A stretch of DNA of 63,485 bases, filler included, from Perkinsus chesapeaki ATCC PRA-425 (Eukaryota > Protista > Perkinsozoa): assembly GCA_013115145.1 (NCBI GenBank). It is 6 parts of 6 records of this genome, joined end to end, with 100 filler letters (N's around TTAATTAATTAA, not from the genome) between each part and the next. Parts side by side here need not be neighbours in the genome. Positions count along the whole stretch, not along the records: positions 61,179 to 63,485 come from JAAPAO010001631.1; 5 more parts are not named here. One strand, given 5' to 3'. The position numbers and the translations under genes are program-made. The notes beneath the pieces were generated by a model that saw only the letters and a program-made list of their open reading frames with translations, ran no database searches and had not been told where the DNA came from. Numbering within the stretch: position 1 is the first letter of the stretch; the number at the start of each line of letters is the position of its first letter. This document shows, one piece after another, positions 61,179-63,485 of this stretch.

Positions 61179-63485
61179 ATAATTTATCATATATCATTAG
61201 TCTATTAAATCTATTTATATCTCTATAATTATTAATATAAATCTAGATATATTCTGAATCTATATATAATTATATAATTATAAGATAATATGTATTAATA
61301 AATAATATAATCTCATTAGTGTAATAATGTATACTATTAGTGTATAATATATTAATATAAGTCTTATCTATAGATTATATGTAGTCTATATTAATTAATC
61401 ATATAATAATAATAGTTATATCTTAATATAATCTAATGTGTATATATATTCATAATAATAAGTATAATAATAGCTATAAGATAACTAATAATATATTGAA
61501 TATAAGATATAATTATAAATATATATATTAATGTTAATAGTTATAACCTGTTAATAATTTATAATTTAATATCATAACTTTATATTATATTTATAACAAT
61601 ATATACAGATATATATAATTAATACATGTAATAATATAACTATATATAGATCAATATTATCTATTTAATACTATTATATATATATATCTATATTTATTAA
61701 TACTATATATCTTTATTAACTAATAGCCCATGTTTATCATATTATATAGAATTATTATTAATATTATGTATTATTATTATTATTATAAGTCTAGCATATA
61801 TATTATTACTTAATATTAGATATATAATAGTAATTTATAAGTGTATTAATTCATAATAAATAGGTATAATTTATTAGTAATATTTATCTTATTTATATAT
61901 TATAATAATACCAAGATAAAATATAGTATTATATATGTTTATAAAGGAATAAATTATAGCTTATCAATATTATATTTATAAATATCAATATATTCATAAT
62001 ACTATATATAATCTAATGTATTAATATTATATAATTGTATATGTATAGTTTAATAATAATATGTAATATAATATCTATTTAGTGTATATTAGTAGTTTAT
62101 TATCTATTGAGATGAATACCAATATATAGATCTTATGAGATGAAAAACTCCTATTATATTGATATATAATATACGTTATAGCTATAAATATATTATAATA
62201 ATTAATATATACATTATACCTTAATATTTATAATAATATACTATATACCAATAATAGCATTAGGAATAGATATAAATAAATAGTTAATATTACATATTAT
62301 CTACAGCTATGGATTACAGGTTATTATTTAATATATATCTATATAATATATCCATAGCTGTTGATAATATGTAATATTAACTATTTATTTATATCTATTC
62401 CTAATGCTATTATTGGTATATAGTATATTATTATAAATATTAAGGTATAATGTATATATTAATTATTATAATATATTTATAGCTATAACGTATATTATAT
62501 ATCAATATAATAGGAGTTTTTCATCTCATAAGATCTATATATTGGTATTCATCTCAATAGATAATAAACTACTAATATACACTAAATAGATATTATATTA
62601 CATATTATTATTAAACTATACATATACAATTATATAATATTAATACATTAGATTATATATAGTATTATGAATATATTGATATTTATAAATATAATATTGA
62701 TAAGCTATAATTTATTCCTTTATAAACATATATAATACTATATTTTATCTTGGTATTATTATAATATATAAATAAGATAAATATTACTAATAAATTATAC
62801 CTATTTATTATGAATTAATACACTTATAAATTACTATTATATATCTAATATTAAGTAATAATATATATGCTAGACTTATAATAATAATAATAATACATAA
62901 TATTAATAATAATTCTATATAATATGATAAACATGGGCTATTAGTTAATAAAGATATATAGTATTAATAAATATAGATATATATATATAATAGTATTAAA
63001 TAGATAATATTGATCTATATATAGTTATATTATTACATGTATTAATTATATATATCTGTATATATTGTTATAAATATAATATAAAGTTATGATATTAAAT
63101 TATAAATTATTAACAGGTTATAACTATTAACATTAATATATATATTTATAATTATATCTTATATTCAATATATTATTAGTTATCTTATAGCTATTATTAT
63201 ACTTATTATTATGAATATATATACACATTAGATTATATTAAGATATAACTATTATTATTATATGATTAATTAATATAGACTACATATAATCTATAGATAA
63301 GACTTATATTAATATATTATACACTAATAGTATACATTATTACACTAATGAGATTATATTATTTATTAATACATATTATCTTATAATTATATAATTATAT
63401 ATAGATTCAGAATATATCTAGATTTATATTAATAATTATAGAGATATAAATAGATTTAATAGACTAATGATATATGATAAATTAT
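61179..63485. repeat. Whole-contig inverted repeat (arms 61179-62314 and 62350-63485, 35-nt loop), extremely AT-rich; possibly organellar
   Basis: First and last 22 nt are exact reverse complements; long stretches checked by eye match; one T:T mismatch at 62302/62362. Confidence 0.95.

Noticed and set aside
62380-62570. cob/cox-like peptides in the palindrome (SIPNAIIG, HLIRSIYWY)
   Set aside because: Too short, interrupted by stops, and PEWY or HPEVY anchors are absent even allowing for Perkinsus-type frameshifts

Overview
Eukaryotic DNA, most likely from an alveolate of the genus Perkinsus. This is inferred from the gene families, the short GT-AG introns and a spliced-leader relic. The window is a concatenation of six contigs joined by 100-nt N gaps that carry the artificial six-frame stop linker TTAATTAATTAA, so adjacency across gaps is not evidence of linkage. 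Contig 1 (1-22493) is very AT-rich and gene-dense: SpoU methylase, WW protein, DEAH helicase, intronless isocitrate lyase, BRX1, HutI, coiled-coil protein, TPR-DnaJ, small secreted protein and a GT2 synthase. Contig 2 (22594-42282) has balanced GC and holds a SCY1-like pseudokinase, a RING-H2 protein and a RAP-domain protein. Contigs 3 and 4 (42383-57628) are decayed mobile DNA: a SWIM/MULE-like relic, a processed pseudogene, a DIRS-like gag and a gypsy integrase. Contig 5 encodes a secreted Cys-rich, mucin-like protein. Contig 6 (61179-63485) is a single 2.3-kb AT-rich palindrome. The strongest unexplained signal is a stereotyped 22-nt structure, N1-7 + revcomp(N1-8) + N2-8, a net 14-nt insertion at an 8-bp site. 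I found it by eye about 25 times, 23 of them in the 10.4-kb contig 3. Its geometry matches hAT-type hairpin excision repaired through the 8-nt inverted microhomology, and deleting individual copies restores broken reading frames.
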